Assembly: GCA_965205265.1 (NCBI GenBank)
Contig: CBDBGH010000003.1
Location: 3,040,001 to 3,104,000 of the forward strand
From: Alphaproteobacteria bacterium
Lineage (GTDB): Bacteria > Pseudomonadota > Alphaproteobacteria > Bin95
Length of the DNA stretch: 64,000 nt
Reading direction: 5' to 3'
Part shown: positions 1 through 9,330 of the stretch, in pieces
How the letters are laid out: the number at the start of each line of letters is the position of its first letter
Position numbering within the stretch: position 1 is the stretch's first letter
Translations under genes and position numbers: made by a program
Notes under the pieces: generated by a model
Seen by the model: only the letters and a program-made list of their open reading frames with translations
What the model was told of the DNA's origin: nothing
Database searches by the model: none

Positions 1-142
1 CCTTCTGCCCTTCGCTGAGCGTGGACAGCCCGGCCCTCTCGACGGCCGAGATGTGGACGAAGGCGTCGCTCGAGCCGTCTTCCGGCTCGATAAAGCCGTA
101 ACCCTTGGCGGCGTTGAACCACTTGACGGTACCGGTAGGCAT
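1..142 (-). CDS. cspA: Cold-shock protein (3' end runs off the window)
   Basis: Manual translation [47 protein letters not shown] contains RNP1 (KGYGFI) and RNP2 (AFVHIS); not in the ORF track. Confidence 0.95.
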   Translation of the reverse strand, partial: MPTGTVKWFNAAKGYGFIEPEDGSSDAFVHISAVERAGLSTLSEGQK

Positions 143-327
143 GTTCGATTTCTCCAGACGATGGAATTCCACGCATCGCAGCGCGCGACAGCGTTGTTGT
201 TTAACGGTCACATTGTTGGGGGGATGTCGGTCGGCCCGGCGAACCGGGTCCACAGAGAGCACCAGACGAATGTAACGTGCCCGTGCGGTGTGCAACCTCC
301 GGGCTGCAAAGTCAAGCCGTCTGCAGG

Positions 328-1359
328 CTACCTCCCGGCGCGCATCCCGCTAAGCGCCGCCTCCACATCGAAGGACGGGGTGCGCCCTTCCTGGGGCCGT
401 GTGCCCTCGACCGCGATTTCGGGCGCGGTCGGGCGCATCGCGTCGTTCTTCAGCCAGAGCCTGAGCAGATGGCGGCGCCACTCCGGCTCCTCCCAGTCCT
501 CGAAGGCCGTGCGGGCGTGCAGATGGGTGAAATTGTTGAACCAGAGGATCTCCCCCGGCCCGAGCGTGAACCGCAATTGCAGCTCATCGCTGCGCGCCGC
601 CGCCAGGAAGGCCTCGACGGCCTCTTCCGCAAACCCTTCGAGCGATTCCCCTTTCGCCTCCTGGCCGAGAACCGCGTAGGTCCTGACCCAACGGCAGCTG
701 ACCTTGCCTTCGATGGACGAGAAGACCGGCACCTTCCAGGGCGTGACGGGGTCCTCGCCGGGCGCCTCCTCGCCGCGCCGGTGCATGTAGAAGCCTTCGT
801 AAAGCCGTTCCAGATAGTCCGGCCTCCCGGCGAACAGCCGGTTGTGGACGGCGAGCGCGCTGGTGAGGTGCGACACGCCGCCCTTCCTTGCGACGCGCAG
901 GCTGAACAGGCCGACGACATGCGCGCGGTCCGTATGCGGGTCGAGCTCCCGGCGGTTGCGGTAGGCGCGCGCATGCGGGTCTTCGCGTGTCACGTCCCGG
1001 ACATGGCCCAGCCGGTCGCCGAGGACGCTTTGCGACATGCCGGTCCCGAGCCGCGTGCCCATCGCCCAATAGACCCGCTCCGCGTCTTCCTGCCGCCAGC
1101 GTTCGACCGGCAGGCCCGCCATCACCGCGAAGCCGCGCCCGTCCCGCAGCTCGTCGTAGAGGGCGGCGAGCCGCGCCTCGACCGACGGGCAACGGAAATC
1201 GTCCCTGCCGATGTCGTCGAGCGCCTTGCCCGCCCGGTCCATCTCCCGGATGAACCCGTCAAGCTCCGCGATCTCAGCCGCCGTCAGCCGGACCGTGTAG
1301 TCCTCCGGGCCGGCGAAATCCCCGACGGTCCAGATACCCGGGTCGTCAACGGCCTGCAT
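328..1359 (-). CDS. TauD/TfdA-family Fe(II)/2-oxoglutarate dioxygenase
   Basis: HxD (PHTD), distal His (NNFTHLHAR), RHLLRLWL; start set at MQAVDDPG. Confidence 0.88.
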   Translation of the reverse strand: MQAVDDPGIWTVGDFAGPEDYTVRLTAAEIAELDGFIREMDRAGKALDDIGRDDFRCPSVEARLAALYDELRDGRGFAVMAGLPVERWRQEDAERVYWAMGTRLGTGMSQSVLGDRLGHVRDVTREDPHARAYRNRRELDPHTDRAHVVGLFSLRVARKGGVSHLTSALAVHNRLFAGRPDYLERLYEGFYMHRRGEEAPGEDPVTPWKVPVFSSIEGKVSCRWVRTYAVLGQEAKGESLEGFAEEAVEAFLAAARSDELQLRFTLGPGEILWFNNFTHLHARTAFEDWEEPEWRRHLLRLWLKNDAMRPTAPEIAVEGTRPQEGRTPSFDVEAALSGMRAGR

Positions 1360-1439
1360 CGGTCTCTCCCGCGATTTGCGCCCTGCATTCCACGGTCCGC
1401 CACCATACAGCAACAGACTGCGGGACGAAGCGCGGCTTG

Positions 1440-1580
1440 CTCCGCCGCGCCTGGCGCAGCACATGACGCGGCGCGAATTCGTCCATGAACACGAATGGCG
1501 GCGCGGCGATATCGCGCTCTGGGACAATGCCCGCGTGCTGCACCGCCGCGAGCCGTTCGATCCCGCCCCGCCGCGCGCAG
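1440..1580 (+). pseudogene. C-terminal remnant of a TauD-type dioxygenase
   Basis: HEWRRGDIALWDNARVLHRREPFDP matches the TauD W..GD...WDN...H motif; no N-terminal part present. Confidence 0.65.
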
Positions 1581-1594
1581 CGGGCCCACGCTCC

Positions 1595-2068
1595 TCAGCC
1601 TTCCGACGGCCCCCACCAGGCGGCGCCCACGATTTCTGCGTCGGGATCGTCCCTCCCGGTCTCGAACGTAAGCCGGACCCGGCATCCGGACCTGCCGACG
1701 ACCAGACGCGGCCGGTTCTCCGGACCGATCAGAAGGCCCCGCTCGGGGTCATAGGAAAAGCCCGTTTCCGGTTCGACGCCGCCCCATCGCATCAGGGCCG
1801 CGAAGCCGCCTCCCGCATAGCCGTCGATCAGCAGATAGAGCGACTCTTCTGCAGGGCTGCCGTAGCCGAGCACAACGGTGCTTCCATCCGACACGCGCAC
1901 GGCGACGATCTCATCGAGTGCCACCGTGCCGCGCGACTCCGGACCCGCATACACGCTTTTGCGGGAAAGGACCGTCACTACCGGCAGAAGCGGAGTCCTG
2001 TTCCCGGAACGCCGCTCAACTTCCGCGGAGCGTTCGGGAACCGGTCGCCTACATCCTTGCCGGATCAA
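1595..2068 (-). CDS. Hypothetical protein, unassigned domain, copy 1 (no HTH)
   Basis: TTG start preceded by AGGAGA; shares PVV..., DE(I/M).AVR.SDG..(L/I)GY..EE and Y.P..GL.IGPE motifs with 2429..3160. Confidence 0.6.
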   Translation of the reverse strand: MIRQGCRRPVPERSAEVERRSGNRTPLLPVVTVLSRKSVYAGPESRGTVALDEIVAVRVSDGSTVVLGYGSPAEESLYLLIDGYAGGGFAALMRWGGVEPETGFSYDPERGLLIGPENRPRLVVGRSGCRVRLTFETGRDDPDAEIVGAAWWGPSEG

Positions 2069-2242
2069 GCGGATCTCTCCTATTCTCCTGCCGCCGAACC
2101 GCGAGGCGTGTCCTCGCGGGATGCCCGGCAGGCTGACGGAGCTGCACCGCCGACCGCCTCTTCAGGCGGGACAACGGGAGTGAGGATCATGCAGCTCCGC
2201 CAGCCATGCGGGCCAATATGGGCCGGCGAATTCCGGATGGCC

Positions 2243-2304
2243 ATAAAGTTTGCTTCAGTTCAGGAATTTATTTTTGGCGAAATATAAAGTTTTCTTCACT
2301 TTCA
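2243..2304. promoter_or_regulatory. AT-rich direct-repeat pair, candidate operator
   Basis: ATAAAGTTTGCTTCA at 2243 and ATAAAGTTTTCTTCA at 2284 (14/15 identical, 41 bp apart), upstream of copy 1. Confidence 0.45.
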
Positions 2305-2428
2305 ATTTGTGCAGTCTATTTCCCGACCCCATTCGCACGGTCATTTCCCGATCCGATCAACGGGCGCTATGTCCGCGAGGCCCGCTGCGAGACGATATGC
2401 ATGCCATAAAGCGGTGAGCACATGATGC

Positions 2429-3160
2429 TCAACCTTCTTCCTCTTGCCCTGTCACTGAGTAAACATAGGCCTGTTTAGCCGCTCTCTCATTTCTCTCCTT
2501 CAGGTATTCAAGCCGTATGCGGGTTCCGGAAGCCACGACCAAAAGCTGTGTCTGCCCCTCGGGGCCGATTCGCAGTCCCACCCCGGGCTGGTAAACGATC
2601 CTCGCTGTCTTCGCATCGACTTTGCCCCACTTCAACAGCTTGTGTATGTCGCCCCCGAGCCACCTTTCAGCCAGCCTGATGAGCGCGTATTCCTCTACTG
2701 GCGAATAACCGATGGGAATGTTCTCGCCGTCCGAAAGACGGACTGCCATGATTTCATCCATCTCTACCGAATCCAATTCTCTAGGTCCGTCGATCAGAAG
2801 GTCAACCGTAATTACAACCGGAACGCCGACATATCGGTCCTCTTCGTATTCACCTTCGTTCGCTTCTCCGGGAACGTCTTCCAGAAGATCGCTGACCTCC
2901 ACTCCCATGCCGACGGCAATGAAGCGAGCGGTTTTCGGGTCTACGTTTCCACCGTTGTTCTCGATCTTGCTGAGCGTAGCCATTGAAATCGGGTCGGGGT
3001 TGCCGTGTTTCATTCGGTCCCTGACCCATTCGATCATGGGCTTGTCATCCGAGTTCAGGACGTTGTCGATCAACTCCTTTATGAATTGCGGTTGGGTCAG
3101 GGCCATGGATTTTCGACGTTCGCGTACCATGTTCCCGCGTAGCATAAAGGACCTGGACAT
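2429..3160 (-). CDS. XRE-type HTH regulator fused to the unassigned domain (copy 2)
   Basis: RERRKSMALTQ ... ISMATLSKIENN ... IAVGMGVEVSDLL is an HTH_XRE-like pattern with an insertion; visibly lower GC than the flanks. Confidence 0.7.
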   Translation of the reverse strand: MSRSFMLRGNMVRERRKSMALTQPQFIKELIDNVLNSDDKPMIEWVRDRMKHGNPDPISMATLSKIENNGGNVDPKTARFIAVGMGVEVSDLLEDVPGEANEGEYEEDRYVGVPVVITVDLLIDGPRELDSVEMDEIMAVRLSDGENIPIGYSPVEEYALIRLAERWLGGDIHKLLKWGKVDAKTARIVYQPGVGLRIGPEGQTQLLVVASGTRIRLEYLKERNERAAKQAYVYSVTGQEEEG

Positions 3161-3410
3161 TTCTCTTCCTCCTCGAAGTGAGTGGCGTTACCGTCCTATA
3201 TGTTGACCGGCAGTCCCTATGGCGGGCGAGACAGCCGGAAGAGGCCCGACCCGCTGTCCGGCGTCACCGGCCGGAGGCAGGGCCGTTGGGTTCGCACGAG
3301 GCAGCCTCCTTCCTTCCGATGGTGCGCAGTACGACGCGGAATCGTCGTTTTACGGCACCGGTCCGGGCAAGCTACCCAAATCGCCGGTCGTGACAAAGGG
3401 ACGATTCTGG

Positions 3411-3867
3411 TCACAACTGCGTGAGTAAATTTGCAGACAATTGACGGTTTCTTGAATGCCCCGCTCGGGGATCGTACGAAAATCCCGTTTCCGGCTCGAC
3501 GCCGCCCCGGCGCATCAATGCCGCGAACCCGCCGCCCGCATAGCCGTCGATCAGGCAGATAGAACGCCTCTTCTTCAACGCCCCCGTAGCCGAGTATCGG
3601 CGCGCTCCCGTCCGACTGGCGGACGGCGACCATCTCGTCGAGCGCGACCGTGGCGCGCTCGCCGGGGCCGCCATGGATGAATTTGCAGGAAAGCACTATC
3701 GCCACCGGCAGAAGTGCAACTCCCTCCTTTGGCGCAATCGGCGCTTCTTCGGAACGCCGCAGCCGTCCCCTTGAGCTTCCGGGAAAGCGGCGCGGAGTCC
3801 GCTGCCGTAACGGGCGAGTCTCCTGCGTTCCCTCGCTGTCCGACCGCATGGCGCGCCCTTCGTGCAT
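3411..3867 (-). pseudogene. Frameshifted copy 3 of the unassigned domain
   Basis: TVALDEMVAVRQSDGSAPILGY in one frame and LIDGYAGGGFAALMRRGGVEPETGFSYDP in another; clear nucleotide similarity of 3458-3715 to 1737-1990; extra G near 3554. Confidence 0.7.
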
Positions 3868-4344
3868 TGTTTCCGGGCTGGAGGAGCGGCCCGAACAACC
3901 GGCTCATCACGTCCGGCGGTCGGGGGAGGGCCGTGCGCTCCTCCAGCTATGGACTCAATTCTATCAACAACTCCCATGCAGCGAGCAAGCTGCCATAATC
4001 CCTTATATTTCTTGGAAATTATGGTTCCCAGCAGCGATAGCCCGGACGCCTCGCGCACAATTTCCCCGGTCCGGGAGACCATTCTCCGGGTATCGGAAAA
4101 GTAAACCTACTTCCAAAAAGTTCGGACCGGAGGGAGCCTGTCGCAAAACTACCGCTGCCGGGAACGACGATTACGTCAATCGGGAATTTTTGGTGGCGCG
4201 AAACGGTTTTCCGCATGGCCATTTGTCGCGCGGGTCGAAATATGTGTCAGGGAAATACGGCCGAGCGTCCTTCCTGCGGCGGACGCAAGAGAGGTCCCGC
4301 AGGCGCTTGTGGGAGGGGCCAGACGGTGTAGGATTCCTGCCGTC

Positions 4345-5172
4345 ATGCGCAGCGATGTGGCCGAGCTTCACGCCTTCTATGACGGGCCGCTCGGGCGGGC
4401 GGCGGGGCTTGTGCTGGCTGAGCGCGTGCGACGGCGCTGGCCTTCGCTCGGCGGGATGCAGGTGCTGGGCCTCGGCTATGCGCCGCCCCTGCTCGACGGG
4501 CTCGGCGACGGGAGCGCGCATGTGCTGGCGGCCATGCCGGCGGGACAGGGCGCGCTTCGCTGGCCGGCGGAGGGCCGGTGCCGGACGGTGCTGACGGAAG
4601 AGGACGCACTGCCCTTCCCCGACCTCGCCTTCGACCGCGTGCTGCTCGCCCACGATGTCGAGACCTCGGACCATCTGGCGGGGCGGCTCCGCGAGGTCTG
4701 GCGCATCCTGGCGGCGGAGGGCCGGCTGATGGTCATCGCGCCGAGCCGCCGCGGCCTCTGGGCGCGCTTCGAACACACGCCCTTCGGCCACGGCCGGCCC
4801 TGGTCCCGCTCGCAACTGGAGCGGCTGCTGCGCGAGGCGATGTTCGAGCCGCTCGGCAGCGAGGAGGCGCTGTTCGCCCCGCCGCTCCGCCGGCTGGTGC
4901 GGCCGGGCGCGGCGGAGGCGTGGGAGCGGTTCGGGCGGCGCTGCCTGCCGGTATTCGGCGGGGTGGTAATTGCCGAGGCGGCGAAGCGGCTCGCGGGGGT
5001 CACGCCGCTTCCCGTGCGGTCGCGCCGGTCGTTGCTCCAGGGGGTGCTGAGTCCGCAGGCTACGCCGCAGCCGAGCGGCGCTCCTCGCTGCGGGCCGCCT
5101 CCCAGCCGATCAGCGCCGCCTTGCGGGCCAGCCCCCACTCGTAATTGTGGAGATAGCCGTTCGCGAGGATGA
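4345..5172 (+). CDS. Class I SAM-dependent methyltransferase (type 11)
   Basis: MRSDVAELHAFY start, VLGLGYA, LPFPDLAFDRVLLAH, TPFGHGRPWS; conserved alphaproteobacterial family. Confidence 0.85.
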   Translation: MRSDVAELHAFYDGPLGRAAGLVLAERVRRRWPSLGGMQVLGLGYAPPLLDGLGDGSAHVLAAMPAGQGALRWPAEGRCRTVLTEEDALPFPDLAFDRVLLAHDVETSDHLAGRLREVWRILAAEGRLMVIAPSRRGLWARFEHTPFGHGRPWSRSQLERLLREAMFEPLGSEEALFAPPLRRLVRPGAAEAWERFGRRCLPVFGGVVIAEAAKRLAGVTPLPVRSRRSLLQGVLSPQATPQPSGAPRCGPPPSRSAPPCGPAPTRNCGDSRSRG

Positions 5173-5905
5173 CCCGGTGGCAGGGCACGAGCCAGGAGAC
5201 CGGGTTGCGGCCGATGGCGGCGCCGACCGCCCGCGCCGCGCGCGGCGCGCCGACCGCCGCCGCCACATCGCCATAGGTCGCGAGCGCGCCCGGCGGAATG
5301 CGCAAGAGCGCGTCCCAGACGCGGATCTGGAAGTTGGTGCCGTGCAGGGTGAGCGGCAGCGGCGGCGCGGCGGCCTTGGGCTCGAATATGCGCCCGGCGA
5401 GCGCGGCGGTCTCGTCCGGCGCCTCCGTGAAGGCCGCGGCCGGCCAGCGCCGGCGCATGTTGTCGAGCCCCGCCCGCTCTTCTCCCTCGGCGGCGAAGGC
5501 GAGCCCGCAGATGCCCCGGTCGGTCGCCATCAGCAGGCAGCGGCCGAAGGGGGAATCGTGGATGCCGTAGCGGATGGCGAGGCCCGCGCCGCGCCGCTTG
5601 TAGTCGCCGGGGGTGACGGCCTCGTGGGTGACGAACAAATCGTGCAGCCGGCCGGGGCCGGAGAGGCCGGCGTCCCAGGAGGCCTCCAGCACGCTGGCGT
5701 TCTCCGCCAGGCTGGCCTTGGCGCGCTCCAGGGTCAGATATTGCAGGAACTTCGTCGGGCTGATACCGACCCAGCGGCGGAAGGTGCGCTGGAAATGGTG
5801 CGGGCTCATGCAGGCGGCGGCAGCCATCTCGTCGAGCCCCGGCTGGTCGGCCTGGTTCTCGGCGATCATGACGAGCGCGGCTTCGATGCGGGAATAGAGG
5901 CTCAT
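5060..5905 (-). CDS. AraC-HTH / methylated-DNA-protein-cysteine methyltransferase (Ada-like)
   Basis: SPHHFQRTFRRWVGISP AraC motif and PCHRV active site. Confidence 0.92.
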   Translation of the reverse strand: MSLYSRIEAALVMIAENQADQPGLDEMAAAACMSPHHFQRTFRRWVGISPTKFLQYLTLERAKASLAENASVLEASWDAGLSGPGRLHDLFVTHEAVTPGDYKRRGAGLAIRYGIHDSPFGRCLLMATDRGICGLAFAAEGEERAGLDNMRRRWPAAAFTEAPDETAALAGRIFEPKAAAPPLPLTLHGTNFQIRVWDALLRIPPGALATYGDVAAAVGAPRAARAVGAAIGRNPVSWLVPCHRVILANGYLHNYEWGLARKAALIGWEAARSEERRSAAA

Positions 5906-6026
5906 GGGCTTGGGTCTCCTTGCCGGGTCTCGGAGGCAAAGCTAGGATCGCCCGCGCGCGTCCGCCACCCGATGCTTGCGCATTTTGGCCCGCGCCTCCA
6001 GCGGCGGCAAAGGCTGCCCCACCCGC

Positions 6027-6054
6027 TTGATTGCATCGCAATCGACCCTAGAAT
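6027..6054 (+). promoter_or_regulatory. Candidate sigma70 promoter with overlapping inverted-repeat operator for the TA operon
   Basis: TTGATT-N16-TAGAAT; GATTGC-atc-GCAATC at 6029-6043. Confidence 0.5.
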
Positions 6055-6085
6055 GGTCTTCACCGGCGAACGGAGCACGGGACCT

Positions 6086-6328
6086 GTGGCCAGCATCACG
6101 ATCCGCAACCTCGACGACGATGTGAAGACCCGCCTGCGGGTGCGCGCGGCGGACAACGGGCGGTCCATGGAAGAGGAGGCGCGGCTCATCCTGCGCGACG
6201 CCGTCGGGCGCAAGACCCCTCCCCGGAATCTCGCGAGCGCGATTCGCGCGCGGATCGCGCCTCTCGGCGGCGTGGACCTGGAATTGCCGCCGCGCGGGCC
6301 CGGGCGCGAACCGCCGTCCTTCGATTGA
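6086..6328 (+). CDS. FitA/StbC-like ribbon-helix-helix antitoxin
   Basis: (M)ASITIRNLDDDVKTRLRVRAADNGRSMEEEARLIL, directly upstream of a PIN toxin. Confidence 0.92.
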   Translation: MASITIRNLDDDVKTRLRVRAADNGRSMEEEARLILRDAVGRKTPPRNLASAIRARIAPLGGVDLELPPRGPGREPPSFD

Positions 6329-6338
6329 GGCGGCGGCG

Positions 6339-6761
6339 GTGTTCCTGCTGGACACGAACATAATATCCGAACTCCTGCGTCCGTCGCCCGACCCGGCTGT
6401 CGAAACCTGGGTCGGTGACCACCGGGCAACGGACCTGTATTTCTCGGCAATCGGCGAGGCGGAGTTGCGTTACGGCGTTGCCGTTCTGCCGGCCGGGCAG
6501 CGGCAGGCCGCGCTTGCCTCCGCCATCGAGGCAATCCTGCAAGAGGACTTTATAGACCGGGTTCTCCCGTTCGACCGCGAGGCGGCGCGGGACTATGCGG
6601 ACATAGCCGCCATGCGCCGCGCCGCCGGCCGCACCGTGCTGCCGGCCGACAGCCAGATCGCGGCGATCGCGCGTTCCCGCGGGATGGCCGTGGCGACGCG
6701 CAACGTCCGGGACTTCGAGCACATCGGCATCGAGGTCATCGACCCCTGGACGGCGGCATGA
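6339..6761 (+). CDS. vapC: VapC/FitB PIN-domain toxin
   Basis: LLDTNIISE, AELRYG, DSQIAAIA, TRNVRDF. Confidence 0.95.
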   Translation: MFLLDTNIISELLRPSPDPAVETWVGDHRATDLYFSAIGEAELRYGVAVLPAGQRQAALASAIEAILQEDFIDRVLPFDREAARDYADIAAMRRAAGRTVLPADSQIAAIARSRGMAVATRNVRDFEHIGIEVIDPWTAA

Positions 6762-6791
6762 GCGGCGCGCCGTCGAAGGGCGCGGGCTGAC

Positions 6792-7679
6792 ATGCGCCTC
6801 ACTCTGCTCGGCACCGGCACGCCGGCGCCCTCGCTGAGGCGCATGGGCTCGGGCTATCTGGTCGAGACCGGCGGCGACACCATCGTCTTCGACCACGGGC
6901 CCGGCGCGCATCACCGGCTGCTGGAGGCGGGCCGGCGCGCGGTCGATGTCACCCACTGCTTCCTCACCCACCTGCATTACGACCACTGCATGGACTATGC
7001 GCGGCTCGTGATGAACCGCTGGGACCAGGGCGCGGGCGAGCTCGGCGAGCTGCAGGTGTTCGGACCGCCGCCGACGGCGCGTATGACCGGTCTCCTGTTC
7101 TCGCCGGAGGGGGTTTACGGCCCCGATATCGAGGCGCGCACCCGCCATCGCTGCAGCCTCGACGTGTACGAAGCGCGCGGCGGTGCCGGCGAGCGCGCCC
7201 GGCCCGACCCGCAGGTGCGCGAGGTCGGCCCGGGCGATGTCGTGGAGGGGAAGGACTGGCGCGTCACGGTGGGCGAGGGCTGGCATTTCCAGCCATACCT
7301 GCAATGCCTCGCCTACCGCATCGACACGGATGCGGGCTCGATCTGCTATTCCGGCGACAGCGGCGGCGTGTGCCCCGACATTATCGAATTGGCGCGGGGC
7401 GCGGATGTGCTGATCCACATGAACCATTTCTTCACCGGCACCGAGCCGTCGCCGGAATACCGCCGCGCCTGCGGCAACCATAGGGACACGGCCGAGGTGG
7501 CGGCCGAGGCGGGCGTGGCGACCCTGGTGCTGACGCATATCACGAGCCAGATCGACACGCCCGTCATGCGCTCGCGCATCTTGCGCGAGATGGCGCCGGT
7601 TTTCGGCGGCGACATCGTCTGGGGCGAGGACCTGATGGAGGTCCCGGTCCGGCAGGCAGACATCGGGCGGATCGACTGA
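6792..7679 (+). CDS. MBL-fold metallo-hydrolase (RNase Z/AtsA-like)
   Basis: LLGTG, THLHYDH (HxHxDH), YSGDS, LVLTH. Confidence 0.88.
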   Translation: MRLTLLGTGTPAPSLRRMGSGYLVETGGDTIVFDHGPGAHHRLLEAGRRAVDVTHCFLTHLHYDHCMDYARLVMNRWDQGAGELGELQVFGPPPTARMTGLLFSPEGVYGPDIEARTRHRCSLDVYEARGGAGERARPDPQVREVGPGDVVEGKDWRVTVGEGWHFQPYLQCLAYRIDTDAGSICYSGDSGGVCPDIIELARGADVLIHMNHFFTGTEPSPEYRRACGNHRDTAEVAAEAGVATLVLTHITSQIDTPVMRSRILREMAPVFGGDIVWGEDLMEVPVRQADIGRID

Positions 7680-7699
7680 CGGGTCGGGAAGGCGGAACG

Positions 7700-8755
7700 A
7701 TGAACGATATCCTGAATGCCGGGCCGGCTCCGGTGGAGACGCCGCAATGCTGGCGCGGCCCCGACATGGCGCGGCGGCCGGAACTCTGGACGCATGAGCT
7801 CGCGCCGGAAGAGGTCGCGGAGATCGAAGCGGCGGCCGCGCGCCTCGACGAGGTGCCCATTCTGGAGATCGTCCGCGACCCCCTGCCGAAACTGTCCGGG
7901 CGGCTGGGCCGCATCCGCGAGGAGGTGCTGCACGGCATCGGCTTCCAGGTGATCCGGGGGCTGCCGGTCGGGCGCTGGCCGCTCAGGCGCGCGGCGGCAG
8001 CCTTCTGGCTCATCGGCCTGCATCTGGGCGAGGCGGTCTCGCAGAACGGCAAGGGCCATGTGCTGGGCCATGTCCGCGACCTCGGCCTCGACTACAGCCT
8101 GGCGGAGACGCGCGGATACCAGACGAATGCGCGCCTGCCCTACCACACCGACCAGTCGGACCTCGCCTGCCTGCTCTGCCTGCGCACCGCGCGCGAAGGG
8201 GGGCTGTCCTCGCTGGTGAGCTCGGTCACAGTCTGGAACGAGATGGTCCGCCGCCGCCCGGACCTGGCGGACGCGCTCTGCCGGCCCGTCGCCCGCACGC
8301 GCTGGGGCGAGGTGCCGGAAGGCAGGAAGCCCTGGGCGGATGTTCCGGTGTTCGTGCCCTGGCGGGGCAATGTGGTCACGACCTACACGCGCAGCGCCGT
8401 GGAGAAGGCCCGCGCCATGCCCGGCCCGCCGGAGCCGGACGCGCTCCAGGCGCAAGCGATGGACATGATCGACGCGCTCGCCGCCGACCCGGCGTTGCAT
8501 CTCGACATGGCGCTGGAGGAAGGCGACATCCAGATCGTCTCCAACCACCGCATCCTGCATTCGCGCACCTCCTATGTGGACTGGGAGGACCCGGCCAGGA
8601 AGCGCCACATGCTGCGCCTCTGGCTCGCCTGCGCGGACGGGCCGGACCTGCCGCCGCTGATGACGGAGGAATACCAGGAGGCGACCGCGTCCGGCCGGCC
8701 GAACGGCATTCGCGTGCCGGGCGTGCCGCTGTCGGCGCCTCTTTCTGCCAATTAG
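7700..8755 (+). CDS. TauD/TfdA-family dioxygenase
   Basis: YHTD, NHRILHSRT, RHMLRLWL; paralogue of 328..1359. Confidence 0.88.
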   Translation: MNDILNAGPAPVETPQCWRGPDMARRPELWTHELAPEEVAEIEAAAARLDEVPILEIVRDPLPKLSGRLGRIREEVLHGIGFQVIRGLPVGRWPLRRAAAAFWLIGLHLGEAVSQNGKGHVLGHVRDLGLDYSLAETRGYQTNARLPYHTDQSDLACLLCLRTAREGGLSSLVSSVTVWNEMVRRRPDLADALCRPVARTRWGEVPEGRKPWADVPVFVPWRGNVVTTYTRSAVEKARAMPGPPEPDALQAQAMDMIDALAADPALHLDMALEEGDIQIVSNHRILHSRTSYVDWEDPARKRHMLRLWLACADGPDLPPLMTEEYQEATASGRPNGIRVPGVPLSAPLSAN

Positions 8756-8853
8756 ATTCGGGCGAAGCCCGGTGCTATTGTCCGCCCCCCGCGCCGGGGA
8801 GACCGTCCCCCGCGCCCGTTTCCGCGCCGTGCGTGGGTTGGGACGATCCTGAT

Positions 8854-9324
8854 ATGACCGCGAAGACCGTCAAGTTCCTGCTGTCGGACGGCAGCACGAT
8901 CCATGTCGAAACCCTTGCCGGCGAGGCGGAACCGCCTGAAGACGCGGCCGCAGGCAGCATGGAGATCGTGCCGCGGTTCGAGCGCGCCGCCTCGCGCCTG
9001 CAACCGCTGGCCGGAACCCTGCTGGAGCAGGTGAAGGCGGCGGAACCGGGAAAGGTGGCGATTGCGTTCGCGCTGAAGTTCGACGCCGCCGGCGAGCCGG
9101 TGGTGGCGGCCGGAGACGAAGGCGCGGCCTTCCGCATCACGCTGGAATGGCAGCGCGGCGCGCGGCCCCCCGACCGGCAGGGCGACAACCGCAGGGGCCG
9201 GCCCTTCGAGGACAGGCGGGGCGACGACCGCCGCGGCGGCTATGACGACCGGCGGGGCCCGCCGAGGGGCGGCGGACCGAGGCGGCCCGGCTTCCGCAAG
9301 GACCGGGACCGCGACCGGGACTGA
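8854..9324 (+). CDS. Trypco1/CU044_2847-like protein with Arg/Gly/Asp-rich tail
   Basis: FERAASRLQPLAGTLLEQVKAAEPGKVAIAFALKFDAAG...AAFRITLEW resembles the Trypco1 pattern (recognised by eye); low-complexity C-terminus. Confidence 0.6.
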   Translation: MTAKTVKFLLSDGSTIHVETLAGEAEPPEDAAAGSMEIVPRFERAASRLQPLAGTLLEQVKAAEPGKVAIAFALKFDAAGEPVVAAGDEGAAFRITLEWQRGARPPDRQGDNRRGRPFEDRRGDDRRGGYDDRRGPPRGGGPRRPGFRKDRDRDRD

Positions 9325-9330
9325 TCCGCC

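Noticed and set aside
1595-3867. DGR template/variable repeat pair
   Set aside because: Differences between copies are not adenine-specific and no reverse transcriptase is in the window
5060-5172. 113-bp convergent overlap of the methyltransferase and Ada-like genes
   Set aside because: Most likely a non-conserved C-terminal read-through in GC-rich DNA
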